Shown here: piece by piece, positions 8,398 through 16,822 of the stretch
Layout of the letters: every line of letters starts with the position of its first letter
How positions within the stretch are numbered: the stretch's first letter is position 1
Source: Lentisphaeria bacterium
Lineage (GTDB): Bacteria > Verrucomicrobiota > Lentisphaeria > JABSQK01 > JAWLHB01
Assembly (NCBI GenBank): GCA_041690595.1
Contig: JAWLHB010000019.1
Span: 122,149 to 142,148, forward strand
DNA: 20,000 nucleotides
Reading direction: 5' to 3'
Made by a program: the position numbers and the translations under genes
Notes under the pieces: generated by a model
The model's input: the letters and a program-made list of their open reading frames with translations, nothing else
What the model was told of the DNA's origin: nothing
Database searches by the model: none

Positions 8398-11300
8398 TCA
8401 ATGCGCCGGCCGATCCACCTCGATCTCTCCCCATTGACCGATCCCCAGCGTCGCTTCCGACGGGATGTCGTTGACGATCCCCGTCGCCTGGTTGAAGCGG
8501 TAGATGCGCGCCACCCGCCGCCCCGTCCGATCCGCCACGATGATCCCCGCATCCCCTTGCAGAATCCGCCCGGGCCAGATGAAGTCATGCACCAGCGCCC
8601 GCGTCGGCACCGCAGCCTCCACACGATAGCCGTCCAGCGTCTCCACGATTGCCACCGTTGCACCCTCGATCACTTCCACCTGGTCGAAATTCACCGCCCG
8701 TACCGGAGAGCGGAACGCCACCGGCTGCGTGGCGCCCACCACCTTCGCCCGATAGACGACCGCCACCCCTTTCCCATTGTGCCGCGCCAGCAGCAGCCGC
8801 GTATCCCCGATTATCGGCTCCTTCCGATCCGCCCGCGCTGCCGGGTCCGCTGCAAACTGCAAGTCGACCGCATCGCCACTCAGGAAAAGTTGCAGCGGAT
8901 CTTGTCCATCGTTGATGTAGCCCCCCGCCTTGATCACCTCCCACGCCAGGTAAATGTGATCCTTGCCGCTCGCCAGCATCACTCGCGCCCGGGGCTCCCC
9001 GTCCAGTGGACCGATCGTCGCGGCGCTGCTCAGATCCCAATCGTCCAGCTCCCCGTCGATCACCGGCGGTGTCTCGTGAATGACCATGCGAATGGGGGCC
9101 GCCCCCGCCATCTGCCGGGAACGCTCCGCCAGCCGCTGGGCCGCCAGCGCCGACTCCGTTTCGCTCAGGCTGAAATCCGCGCTGAAGCGCCGCACACTCT
9201 CCAGACCCGTTACCTGCATCAGGTGATGCGCATTCTTGCCGTGCGCCAGGATGATCCGGCCGTCCTCCAACTGGTTGAGGTACTGCACCGTCTCCCCACG
9301 ATAAACATCCGGACCCGGTTCGCCGCCGGCGCTCGGATCCCGCAGCAGGCGACCCAGAAAGAGACCGTCCGTCGTCATCAGCGGCACATGCCCACCGTGC
9401 CACTGGCTCAGCCCGAAGATCTCGCCCACCTCACCACCCGCGTTCACCGGCCCGAGAAAACCCTCGCCATTGATGTTGCCCATCGGTCGCACATCGCGAT
9501 GAGTCGGGTACCGCCAGAGCAGCTTTCCCTCCGCGCTGTACCCTCGCAACGCGGGCTGGAAGCCCGGCTTCACCCACTCTCCCTGCTGATTGGTGAAGAC
9601 CTGTCCGCGACTGTCCGCCGTCACCGCCACCAGCCGTTCCGCCGGCACCACCAGCAGGCTCCGCTTCGCCAGCTCGTAACGCGGTACGCCCTGATCCGTC
9701 CACCCCTGTAGCGCAAAGCGCCAGATATGCCCCTTGCCCGTGTGGCTCGCCAGCGTCACGCTCATGTCCGGTCCGATTCTCCCCGGCCCCCAGTGCAGCC
9801 CAAGGCACGGAAAATCCTCCGTCTGCTTTTCCCACTCGAACTCCTCCACCTGCACCCGCCCGTCGCCATTCGCATCGGTCCAGACGAAATTTTCCCCGGC
9901 ATGCTCTCTGAAGAACGCCGGCACGAAGGTGTGGCGCCACCACCACTTCTCCGGCGGAATCACCAGCGGATTGTCACCCCGGTTAAAGACCCCGCCAATC
10001 GCCGCGCATGGCTGCCAGGTGTTGTCCTCCCGCCAGATCCCGATCACCATGATCCCCATCGCGCTGTTGAAGATGAAACGCTTCCCTTCCCCTTCCGCAA
10101 AACCATGATTATGCCCCCAGCCCCCGTGCAGCCCGAAAATCTGATCCTCGTGCAGCCGCCGCCACATCGTCGAAATCGGCCGGTAACCCTCATGCTCCAG
10201 GTCGATCGCGTGCAGATTCCCCAAGCTGATCGCCTGCCCCGGATTCCGCGGATCGATCATGCCACCACGCGTCGCGCCATACGTCGTCCCACCCACAAAC
10301 TCCCGGATCAACTCCCCGCTCGCCGCATTCCAGACGCTGATCCGCCGCGGATAGTTGTCATCCTCGCATACCCACAACTGCCCTTGCGCATCGATGTCGA
10401 TGCCGCGCGGCAGCAGCATCCCAGTAGAATCGTACGCCCCCAGGATCGGGCGCCCCCCAGCCTTGCCGATCGTTCGCAGCGCCTTGCCGGCCCCGTCGAA
10501 GACCGCCACGTTGTGGCTCCCGCCCCATTGTGACACATGGATGTTACCGGCTGCGTCCAGCGCCAGATCCACCGGTGCATCCAGTCCCGCGCCGATTACC
10601 GGCATCATCTTGCCGTCCGCGACCGCAATGGCCACCACGCTGTTGCCGCTGATCGCCAGCAGGCGCCCATCCGCCGCGAAGGCCAACCCCGCCGGCTTCG
10701 GAATCTCCCACCGCGCGACCTCCTCGAAGGTATCCACGTTGAAGACCACGATCTGTTGCGGGATACGCAGGCTCACATAGAGCTTGCCATCCCGGGCCGC
10801 CAGCCCGCTCAGATTGGCGCTCGTGCTCCGGCCGCTGAAGTAGTAGTCGTCGTGGAGGCCGTGGTTGTCCAGGTCATGATGCCCATCCTGCCAGAGTTGC
10901 CAATCCCAGTGCAGCGGCACCTGGCCGGTGTCATGTTCGGCTATCGTGCGATACGGCTGGTCGATGGTGAAGCCCCGGCGATGCCCGCTCTCCCGATCCA
11001 GACAGGCGATGATCGTCTTGAAGTAGGCCAGCTCCGTCTGTTCCTTGCTGCGCCCACGGTCGGCGGCAGCCACGATGTCGCTGGCAAAATAGAGGTAGCG
11101 TCCATCGCTGGCCAGCGCCGCCGTGCCGGCGCCGGAAGGGTAGGGCGTCTGGAAGAAGCTCCACCGCTTCCTCCCCTCGAAATCGCACCCGATGATCCCG
11201 TTTCCGTCTTCCGCGGCAGGCCAGGCCAGGTAGACGCCCAGCTCGTCGGCCGCGACCGCCTGCGGTGGGCAGTGATCGCCTCCCCATTCCCCCGTGCCGT

Positions 11301-12990
11301 CGTACGTCTGCCAGCTCGGGTGGCCCGGATTCATGTACGACATCAGGTAATCAAGCCCGATGCCCGTATGATGCAGGCCGCGCACGCGATAAGCTCCGGC
11401 CGGAACGGGCTCCCCTTCATCGTTCAGCCCATCCCACTCCGTCAGTGGCTGCCCCGCCGCCAGCTTCCGGTGCGCCAGCAGACGCCGCACCCGCTCGCCC
11501 TCGCTCGTCTCGATGACGGCCGTATAGAAACCCTCCCGCGGCGTCGTGAACGGCACCGCCATGATGCCGCTCAATGGCGCCAGCGACGCATTGACGATGA
11601 AGGGCAGCCGATTCCGCTCGATGCCGCTGAAGAAGAGATCCAGAATGGTCCGGAAGCTCTCCCCCTCCTTCAGCGCGCTCCCATTCGTCGTGATCAGGCT
11701 CCACGGCAGGAAGATCTCCTGCGTGTAGCCATCCGTCAGCGGCTCGATCGCCATTCTGGCCCCTTCCTTCAGCGCATCCGGAAGATTGCCCTCCGTGAAC
11801 TTGGCCCCATAGCCGATCGTCATCGCCGGCCGCCATCCGCCCGTATGGAACCATGTATCGATGTGGCTCACCCGGTCCGTCCCCAGCCGGATCTGGATCG
11901 CATCCCCACCGTCGTAACCCCGGTTGAGCCGCGCCGGATTGTTGATGTTCAGATGCGATCCGCCCGAGTACCAGCGCAGCCCCACATACAGCCCCGCCTC
12001 GTCATACGCCCAATGCACCCGCGTCTCGTAGCGTTGCGGAAAAAGCGACGGCTCCGACGCGATCGTCGTCCCGCTCTCCAGCGGCCATTCCCCCGCACCC
12101 AGCCGGCCGTCGATCTCGATCCCTTCCGCCGGTACCGCGATCATTGCCGTCGTCCGCGTTCGCTCATTCCCCATGTAGAGCACCGCCGGATTCGCCGGCG
12201 CCCGCGCGCCCTTCTCTTTCAGCATCACCACCGCCCCATTCGCCGGATCGAACCCCGGATTCACCACCCCTTCATCCCGGATCCCGTCCACAAAGCCCCA
12301 GCAGATATTCCCGCCCCACCGGCTGCCTGATGTCCCCTGCGCCGCCAACTCCTCCAGCCATTGCCGATACCCCGCCGTCAGGTCGATCCCCCCGAAGACC
12401 AGCTCCACCCCCAGGCGCAGCTTCGCATCCGCCGACGGCCGCCCCCCGATCGCTTCCCACGGCAGCCGCACCTCCTGCGTATAGCTGCTCGCCCCCGTAC
12501 GCGAAAAGCCCTGGGTCACAGAGGTCAGCGCTTCCCCCTGCGCCAGCTGCACCCGTCCCACGCTGCCCAGCGCCTGCGCCGCCTCGTCCTGCGGCACCTT
12601 CCAGAGCGCTACATGGTGCACCTTGCCCCGTTGCGGGATATGCAGGATCAGCCCATCCGTCGCCGGCGCCACGCCCGGCGTCACCTCCACCCCCAGCGGC
12701 GTCGGGTCCTGCCACCAGGCCGCCACGTAGAGCGCCTCCGCGTCATGACGGAAGGCAACCCGCGCCGTATATCCATCGAAGGCCCCCATCCCGTGGCCCG
12801 CATTTCCCGGGTTGCCCGTCGTCAGCAGGATCCCTTCCGACTCGTCCCACTCGGTCAACTTGCCATCCACCACGATGGCGCCACCCGCGGCCGGAATCAC
12901 CGCCTCGCTCCCCACCACCCGATTGCGCCCACCTCCCGCAAGCCCCACAAGCGGCAGAAACAGCACCAGAAAAAGTGATAAACGACCCAT
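8398..12990 (-). CDS. Large secreted multidomain protein (1530 aa): two N-terminal CBM9-like domains, FlgD Ig-like domain, NHL/beta-propeller region, C-terminal CBM9-like domain
   Basis: GGAGGAG RBS; signal peptide; IVVDGKLTEW, IEIDGRLGAGEW and PVIDGELDDW CBM9-like starts; FlgD-Ig motif VRRL...WDGLNDEGEPVPAGAYRVRGL; NHL-like repeats P.GLAFAADGRL, LDAPVDLALDAAGNIHVS, PRGIDIDAQGQLWVCE; Ca-binding-like loop WTDANGDGRVQ. Confidence 0.8.
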   Translation of the reverse strand: MGRLSLFLVLFLPLVGLAGGGRNRVVGSEAVIPAAGGAIVVDGKLTEWDESEGILLTTGNPGNAGHGMGAFDGYTARVAFRHDAEALYVAAWWQDPTPLGVEVTPGVAPATDGLILHIPQRGKVHHVALWKVPQDEAAQALGSVGRVQLAQGEALTSVTQGFSRTGASSYTQEVRLPWEAIGGRPSADAKLRLGVELVFGGIDLTAGYRQWLEELAAQGTSGSRWGGNICWGFVDGIRDEGVVNPGFDPANGAVVMLKEKGARAPANPAVLYMGNERTRTTAMIAVPAEGIEIDGRLGAGEWPLESGTTIASEPSLFPQRYETRVHWAYDEAGLYVGLRWYSGGSHLNINNPARLNRGYDGGDAIQIRLGTDRVSHIDTWFHTGGWRPAMTIGYGAKFTEGNLPDALKEGARMAIEPLTDGYTQEIFLPWSLITTNGSALKEGESFRTILDLFFSGIERNRLPFIVNASLAPLSGIMAVPFTTPREGFYTAVIETSEGERVRRLLAHRKLAAGQPLTEWDGLNDEGEPVPAGAYRVRGLHHTGIGLDYLMSYMNPGHPSWQTYDGTGEWGGDHCPPQAVAADELGVYLAWPAAEDGNGIIGCDFEGRKRWSFFQTPYPSGAGTAALASDGRYLYFASDIVAAADRGRSKEQTELAYFKTIIACLDRESGHRRGFTIDQPYRTIAEHDTGQVPLHWDWQLWQDGHHDLDNHGLHDDYYFSGRSTSANLSGLAARDGKLYVSLRIPQQIVVFNVDTFEEVARWEIPKPAGLAFAADGRLLAISGNSVVAIAVADGKMMPVIGAGLDAPVDLALDAAGNIHVSQWGGSHNVAVFDGAGKALRTIGKAGGRPILGAYDSTGMLLPRGIDIDAQGQLWVCEDDNYPRRISVWNAASGELIREFVGGTTYGATRGGMIDPRNPGQAISLGNLHAIDLEHEGYRPISTMWRRLHEDQIFGLHGGWGHNHGFAEGEGKRFIFNSAMGIMVIGIWREDNTWQPCAAIGGVFNRGDNPLVIPPEKWWWRHTFVPAFFREHAGENFVWTDANGDGRVQVEEFEWEKQTEDFPCLGLHWGPGRIGPDMSVTLASHTGKGHIWRFALQGWTDQGVPRYELAKRSLLVVPAERLVAVTADSRGQVFTNQQGEWVKPGFQPALRGYSAEGKLLWRYPTHRDVRPMGNINGEGFLGPVNAGGEVGEIFGLSQWHGGHVPLMTTDGLFLGRLLRDPSAGGEPGPDVYRGETVQYLNQLEDGRIILAHGKNAHHLMQVTGLESVRRFSADFSLSETESALAAQRLAERSRQMAGAAPIRMVIHETPPVIDGELDDWDLSSAATIGPLDGEPRARVMLASGKDHIYLAWEVIKAGGYINDGQDPLQLFLSGDAVDLQFAADPAARADRKEPIIGDTRLLLARHNGKGVAVVYRAKVVGATQPVAFRSPVRAVNFDQVEVIEGATVAIVETLDGYRVEAAVPTRALVHDFIWPGRILQGDAGIIVADRTGRRVARIYRFNQATGIVNDIPSEATLGIGQWGEIEVDRPAH

Positions 12991-12992
12991 GA

Positions 12993-13727
12993 TTACTCCT
13001 CCAGAATGATCCTGATATTGTCAAAAGCAAGGGCGCCCGGCGCGCGAGCATGACCGCCCGGCAGCAACCCGTCGAGACGAAGTCCAACAAAGCGCGTCGA
13101 CCCGGCAGTGTGCCACGGGATCGCCACCGCGGCACCGTCGTCAAGACGCACCTCGCAGTGACGCTCCGGTACGTCGATCAGCACCTCCACGCGAATCGGC
13201 GTCGACGGCTGGTAACGCCCAATCTCCGTCTTGCCGAAATGCATGCTCCCATCCTCCGAAAAGGTGATCTCTCCCACCCCCATCAGGGCAATGCCCCCCA
13301 TCCGGGTCACATTGAGCATGCTCACCTCCAGCGACACCCGGTACCGCCTGCCGACCGCCCCGATGGCATGAGGGATGGAGAAGGTCATGCGCGGCCCCCA
13401 GTGCGGCTGCCGCCCATCCGGTGCCGTGAAGACGATCGGCTGCTCCTTCAGCCCCAGCCCTGCCTCCCGCACCAGCGCCGTCCGGTCCCGCGTCACGAAA
13501 TCCAATTGCGTGTAGCTTCGCCATGGTAGCGTCCGCCAGGGATCGCGGGCCACCCCTTCCAGCCACGCCTTGTCCGCCCGTTGCGGCGTCTGCCCCACCT
13601 CCTGGTCGCTCCAGTCCACGTCAAAGACCGTCAGCGGCAGGCTCACCCCGGCCGGCAACTCCGCGCCCCGCGCCGTGCTCGCCACCGCCACCGCCAGCGC
13701 CAGCAGCAATGCCCATCTGCCCGTCAC
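12993..13727 (-). CDS. Secreted hypothetical protein (244 aa), probably a beta-sandwich/lectin-like fold
   Basis: GTG start overlaps the pilin stop (GTGA); signal peptide [22 protein letters not shown]; beta-strand-rich; ends ...LAFDNIRI, typical of jelly-roll C-termini. Codon usage matches the neighbours. Confidence 0.75.
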   Translation of the reverse strand: MTGRWALLLALAVAVASTARGAELPAGVSLPLTVFDVDWSDQEVGQTPQRADKAWLEGVARDPWRTLPWRSYTQLDFVTRDRTALVREAGLGLKEQPIVFTAPDGRQPHWGPRMTFSIPHAIGAVGRRYRVSLEVSMLNVTRMGGIALMGVGEITFSEDGSMHFGKTEIGRYQPSTPIRVEVLIDVPERHCEVRLDDGAAVAIPWHTAGSTRFVGLRLDGLLPGGHARAPGALAFDNIRIILEE

Positions 13728-14449
13728 TGCGAACCATACCCGTAGAAAGGTCCCTTCACATTTGGTATCTCCAGGAAGGTCAGATCACCCGCGTGCCCAT
13801 CCACGTACACGAAGTTGAGCTTGCCCGCGTGACGCACCGTCGCCGCCAGCCAGCGCGTCTTCGTCTGCGCTATACCCTGATGCATGCGAAAGTAAACATG
13901 ATCCGTGATCATGAAGGTCGACGACGGCTCCTTGATCAGTTGCTCACGAACCATCGTCGTACCGTAGACTCCCGCCCCCGACCCCCATGTTCCCGGCGTC
14001 GTCACCGAATTGCTCGCCACACCGTTGATCCCATATTGACGCTGATCGGCGCTGCCATTCTGAAAGGGGCAGTACAGAACCCACTCCGGCGCGATGCCCC
14101 AGCCATACGTATTCCCCCCGTAACGCAGATCCGACATGCTCCAATCCGTGTAGATCTCCGCCCCCACCGCCGCCGTCCAGTAGGCATAGCCCGCCTGCGC
14201 GCTCGGATGCTTCGGCACATCCAGCGTCTTGTCGATGGCCGCCGGCGGCAGCGTCTGGTCCGAATGCTCCGCATAGCTGAACGCCGCCATCCCGACCTGC
14301 TTCAGATTGTTGATGCAGCTCGCCGACGTCGCCAGCGTCCGCGCCCGGCTCAGCGCGGGAAGCAGAAGGCTCGCCAGAATGGCGATGATCGCCACCACCA
14401 CCAGCAACTCGATCAGGGTGAAGTTACGCCGGTTCTTCACTGCATGCAT
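13724..14449 (-). CDS. Prepilin-type N-terminal cleavage/methylation domain protein with canonical H-X9-DG C-terminal motif (DUF1559-like), 241 aa
   Basis: [85 protein letters not shown] before ATG 14449. Confidence 0.93.
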   Translation of the reverse strand: MHAVKNRRNFTLIELLVVVAIIAILASLLLPALSRARTLATSASCINNLKQVGMAAFSYAEHSDQTLPPAAIDKTLDVPKHPSAQAGYAYWTAAVGAEIYTDWSMSDLRYGGNTYGWGIAPEWVLYCPFQNGSADQRQYGINGVASNSVTTPGTWGSGAGVYGTTMVREQLIKEPSSTFMITDHVYFRMHQGIAQTKTRWLAATVRHAGKLNFVYVDGHAGDLTFLEIPNVKGPFYGYGSQ

Positions 14450-14498
14450 GGGCTCTGCCTCCTCTTCTGAGTTGGTATCTTTACCTGTCCCAATCCCT

Positions 14499-14527
14499 AC
14501 TCTAACCAATCAACTACCACCATACAA
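14499..14527 (-). promoter_or_regulatory. Sigma70-like promoter of operon A: -35 TTGTAT, 17-nt spacer, -10 TAGAGT
   Basis: The minus strand reads TTGTAT-ggtggtagttgattggt-TAGAGT, about 50 nt upstream of ATG 14449. Confidence 0.6.
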
Positions 14528-14559
14528 GTGCTTCTTCCTCCGCAATTCATGTCTTTAAC

Positions 14560-14587
14560 TTGTATCTTTTCGGGAGCGAGGTAGGGT
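14560..14587 (+). promoter_or_regulatory. Divergent promoter of the regulator: -35 TTGTAT, 16-nt spacer, -10 TAGGGT
   Basis: The plus strand reads TTGTAT-cttttcgggagcgagg-TAGGGT, 24 nt upstream of ATG 14612. Confidence 0.4.
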
Positions 14588-14592
14588 ACCTC
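14578..14592. promoter_or_regulatory. Palindrome GAGGTA-ggg-TACCTC, candidate operator overlapping the regulator's -10
   Basis: Perfect 6-bp inverted repeat with a 3-nt spacer. A related GGTA-tctt-TACC lies at 14473-14484 in the operon A leader. Confidence 0.35.
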
Positions 14593-14611
14593 ATTACCAG
14601 GAAAAAGTCCC

Positions 14612-15691
14612 ATGCCAAGACCCGAAAAATTCCATCTGCCCCTCGATGCCATTCGCCGCCGCATTCTGGACGGCCTCTACGCGGACGGCGATCGGCTCCC
14701 CGCCGAGCAGCAGCTCTGCCGCGAATTCTCCCTCTCCCGAAGCTGCATCCGCAAAGCTCTCGACCATCTTCGACAGGAAGGCCTGATCCTCACCGAAGCC
14801 GGCAACGGCCACTTCGTCTCCTGCCGCAAGCAGCACGCGCCCTGCGCCGATACCGCCCTCCTCATGCCCATCAACTTTGCCGACTGGAGTATCTCCAACG
14901 CCCACTGCCTCCTCTACTCTCTCCTGGAGCAGCAGGTCATTCAGCAAGGCTGCCGCTTCACCCACATTCAACTTCGCTTCGGCCAGAACGCCGAAGAGGT
15001 GCTCCGCCAGGTCGAAGACGCCGCCGCGCCATGGATCATCGTCGACCTCCAGGCCCACGCCGTTCTCCACGCCGACGCCCTTCTCTGGCACCTCCTCGAG
15101 AACCTCCGCTGCCGCGTCGTCGTCACCGGCTTCGTCGGCAGCTCCTATACCACCGGCTTTGACCAGGTGGGCATGGATTGGGCCGGAGGCACCCGCCTCG
15201 CCACCGATTATCTGATCCGCCAGGGCCATCAGCGCATCCGCTTCGCCGGCTACGATGGCGTTGACTGGAGCGACGATCGCCGCGCCGCCTTCCTTGCCGC
15301 CCTCCGCCAGGCCGGCCGCTGGCAGATCGGCCAGCCCCACCCCTGCATTCCCTTCCCCGGCGAAATCCTCTACGATCGCGTCGACCGTCCCTCATCCACC
15401 AACGCCCGCCGCGCCGCCATTAACCTCCGCGACGCTCTCGCCGCCTCCCCCGCCGACGCCGTCATCTGCGCCAACGACGCACTCGCCCTCGAACTCCTCT
15501 CCCTCGCCCCCCGCGATCAACTGCCCGTCCTCCTCGGCTTCGACAACTCCCCCGGCGCCAAGGAACACGGCTTCACCTCCGTCGGCATGGATCTGCGTCG
15601 CCACGCCGATCAGATCTTCGACCTCCTTGCCGCTCCTCCCGCTCCCGTCACCCAACTCATCCGCGTTCCCACCCTCCTCGCCACCCGCTGA
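14612..15691 (+). CDS. Transcriptional regulator with N-terminal GntR winged HTH and C-terminal LacI/periplasmic-binding-protein-like sensor domain (AraR-like architecture), 359 aa
   Basis: IRRRILDGLYADGDRLPAEQQLCREFSLSRSCIRKALDHLRQEGLI...GNGHFV (GntR). D..GGTRLATDYLIRQGHQRI, R..AFLAAL, DAVICAND.LA, LLGFDNS and FTSV (LacI-type sensor). Confidence 0.92.
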   Translation: MPRPEKFHLPLDAIRRRILDGLYADGDRLPAEQQLCREFSLSRSCIRKALDHLRQEGLILTEAGNGHFVSCRKQHAPCADTALLMPINFADWSISNAHCLLYSLLEQQVIQQGCRFTHIQLRFGQNAEEVLRQVEDAAAPWIIVDLQAHAVLHADALLWHLLENLRCRVVVTGFVGSSYTTGFDQVGMDWAGGTRLATDYLIRQGHQRIRFAGYDGVDWSDDRRAAFLAALRQAGRWQIGQPHPCIPFPGEILYDRVDRPSSTNARRAAINLRDALAASPADAVICANDALALELLSLAPRDQLPVLLGFDNSPGAKEHGFTSVGMDLRRHADQIFDLLAAPPAPVTQLIRVPTLLATR

Positions 15692-15706
15692 CCACCAACG
15701 GCCCAT

Positions 15707-16112
15707 CCTGGGCACGCCACTCGCCTGAGTGGCCCCGGCGTCCGCCGTTGCCCCTCCCCAACCTCCCATCACCGCTCCCGCGCACCCTGGGCACGCCACT
15801 CGCCTGAGTGGCCCCGGCGTTGCCCTTCGCCCCTCCCCAACCTCCCATCACCGCTCCCGCGCCCCCCTGGGCACGCCACTCGCCTGAGTGGCCCCGGCGT
15901 TCGCCGTTGCCCCTTCCCCAACCTCTCATCTCTCCTCACTTCCCACCGCCCCCCGCTTCCTCTTTGCGATCCTTGCGTTCTTTGCGGCAAAAACCTTCCC
16001 TGGGCACGCCACTCGCCTGAGTGGCCCCGGCGTTGGACGCTGCCCCTTCCCAACCGCCCATCACCGCTCCCGCGCCCCCTGGGCACGCCACTTGCCTGAG
16101 TGGCCCCGGCGT
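15707..16112. repeat. Tandem REP-like array: five copies of a 35-bp hairpin core within ~79-80-bp units
   Basis: CCTGGGCACGCCACTCGCCTGAGTGGCCCCGGCGT at 15707, 15786, 15866, 15999 and 16078 (the last has 1 mismatch). Stem GCCACTC-gcct-GAGTGGC. Intervening sequences of 44, 45, 98 and 44 nt are homologous to one another. Confidence 0.92.
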
Positions 16113-16324
16113 TGGACGTTGCCAACGGCCCTGCCATCGCCATCATCCCCCCGCGTGAGCTCAATTCCACCGGACTCATTATACTCGCTTCCTCTTCGCG
16201 ATCTTTGCGCTCCCTGCGTTCTTTGTGGTTAAACAGCTTTGCCCCTCGCCCTCGGCCCAACTTACGGAACGTCCCCACACCCCTCGCTTCCTCTTTGCGC
16301 TCCTTGCGTTCTTTGCCGTTATAA
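15956..16324. repeat. Three copies of a 9-nt-periodic element (CTTTGCGnn)x3-4 ending GG(T/C)(T/A)AAA-like: 15956-15992, 16184-16233, 16283-16324
   Basis: cttcctctttgcgatccttgcgttctttgcggcaaaa; ctcgcttcctcttcgcgatctttgcgctccctgcgttctttgtggttaaa; ctcgcttcctctttgcgctccttgcgttctttgccgttataa. Confidence 0.8.
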
Positions 16325-16822
16325 CCGCCCGTCCAGCCCTTCCGCCCGCTCGCTTCCTCACTCCTGTCGCGGGCTTAGAAGGGATTGTTCAGGCTAATGA
16401 CAGGAGAATGAATTGACCTATTACACGGATACGCTACCTTCTTCCTCATATACATGAACCACCCGCGCGCGACGAACAATCGCGCCACCCTCGTTCCTTC
16501 ATACCAATTCCCAAACAGACCCCCATAGCATTCGGTAAGTCCGGTACCGAGATCAGAAACTGACGACGGATAATCACTTGAACAGATGAATCTGTCCCGT
16601 CGCTGTTGCCCATGATCCTTGCGAAATATGCACGTAAAAACAAACCTCCTGCTCGAAGGAAGTACGCTCAATGAAACGATATGGGGGGGTTAGTATTTGC
16701 TCTGCCATGTCATGCAATGTCAGGAGAGTCTAATAGCTTTGATGATCGTTTTGACAATTACATAAAAAATGTTAGAGCCCAGGTTGCTCTGTCAATGAAC
16801 TCCTTTACCCGGGAAGCAATGT

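Noticed and set aside
127..12330. Long plus-strand ORFs (127-2280, 2658-6077, 7349-8437, 8401-9711, 10537-12330 and others)
   Set aside because: Antisense shadows of real minus-strand genes. They are Arg/Pro/His/Gln-rich with no motifs, as expected from high GC and biased codon usage.
6347..14449. Assigning the pilins as gspG/pilA of a complete type II secretion or type IV pilus operon
   Set aside because: No ATPase, platform, secretin or peptidase genes are in the window, and the C-terminal motifs match the H-X9-DG family instead.
2170..14509. ORF-track starts at 2241, 7144, 8434 and 14509
   Set aside because: Downstream ATGs (2169, 7102, 8332, 14449) have clear RBSs and give proper signal peptides or domain starts. 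The longer versions overlap neighbouring genes or promoter/leader regions.
14594..15340. 248-aa minus-strand ORF
   Set aside because: Antisense to the well-supported GntR/LacI regulator.
15707..16112. CRISPR array (35-bp palindromic repeat with 44-45-nt spacers)
   Set aside because: The spacers are homologous to each other, one is 98 nt, the repeat lacks a typical CRISPR terminus, and there is no AT-rich leader or cas gene in the window.
15392..16416. Short ORFs over the repeat region (e.g. 15392-15799, 15769-16278, 16100-16324)
   Set aside because: They are translations of the repeats (ATQASGVPR, SLRSLRSL), not credible genes.
16375..16671. 98-aa minus-strand ORF
   Set aside because: Non-ATG start, no recognisable motif or RBS, and opposite to the orientation of all credible island genes.
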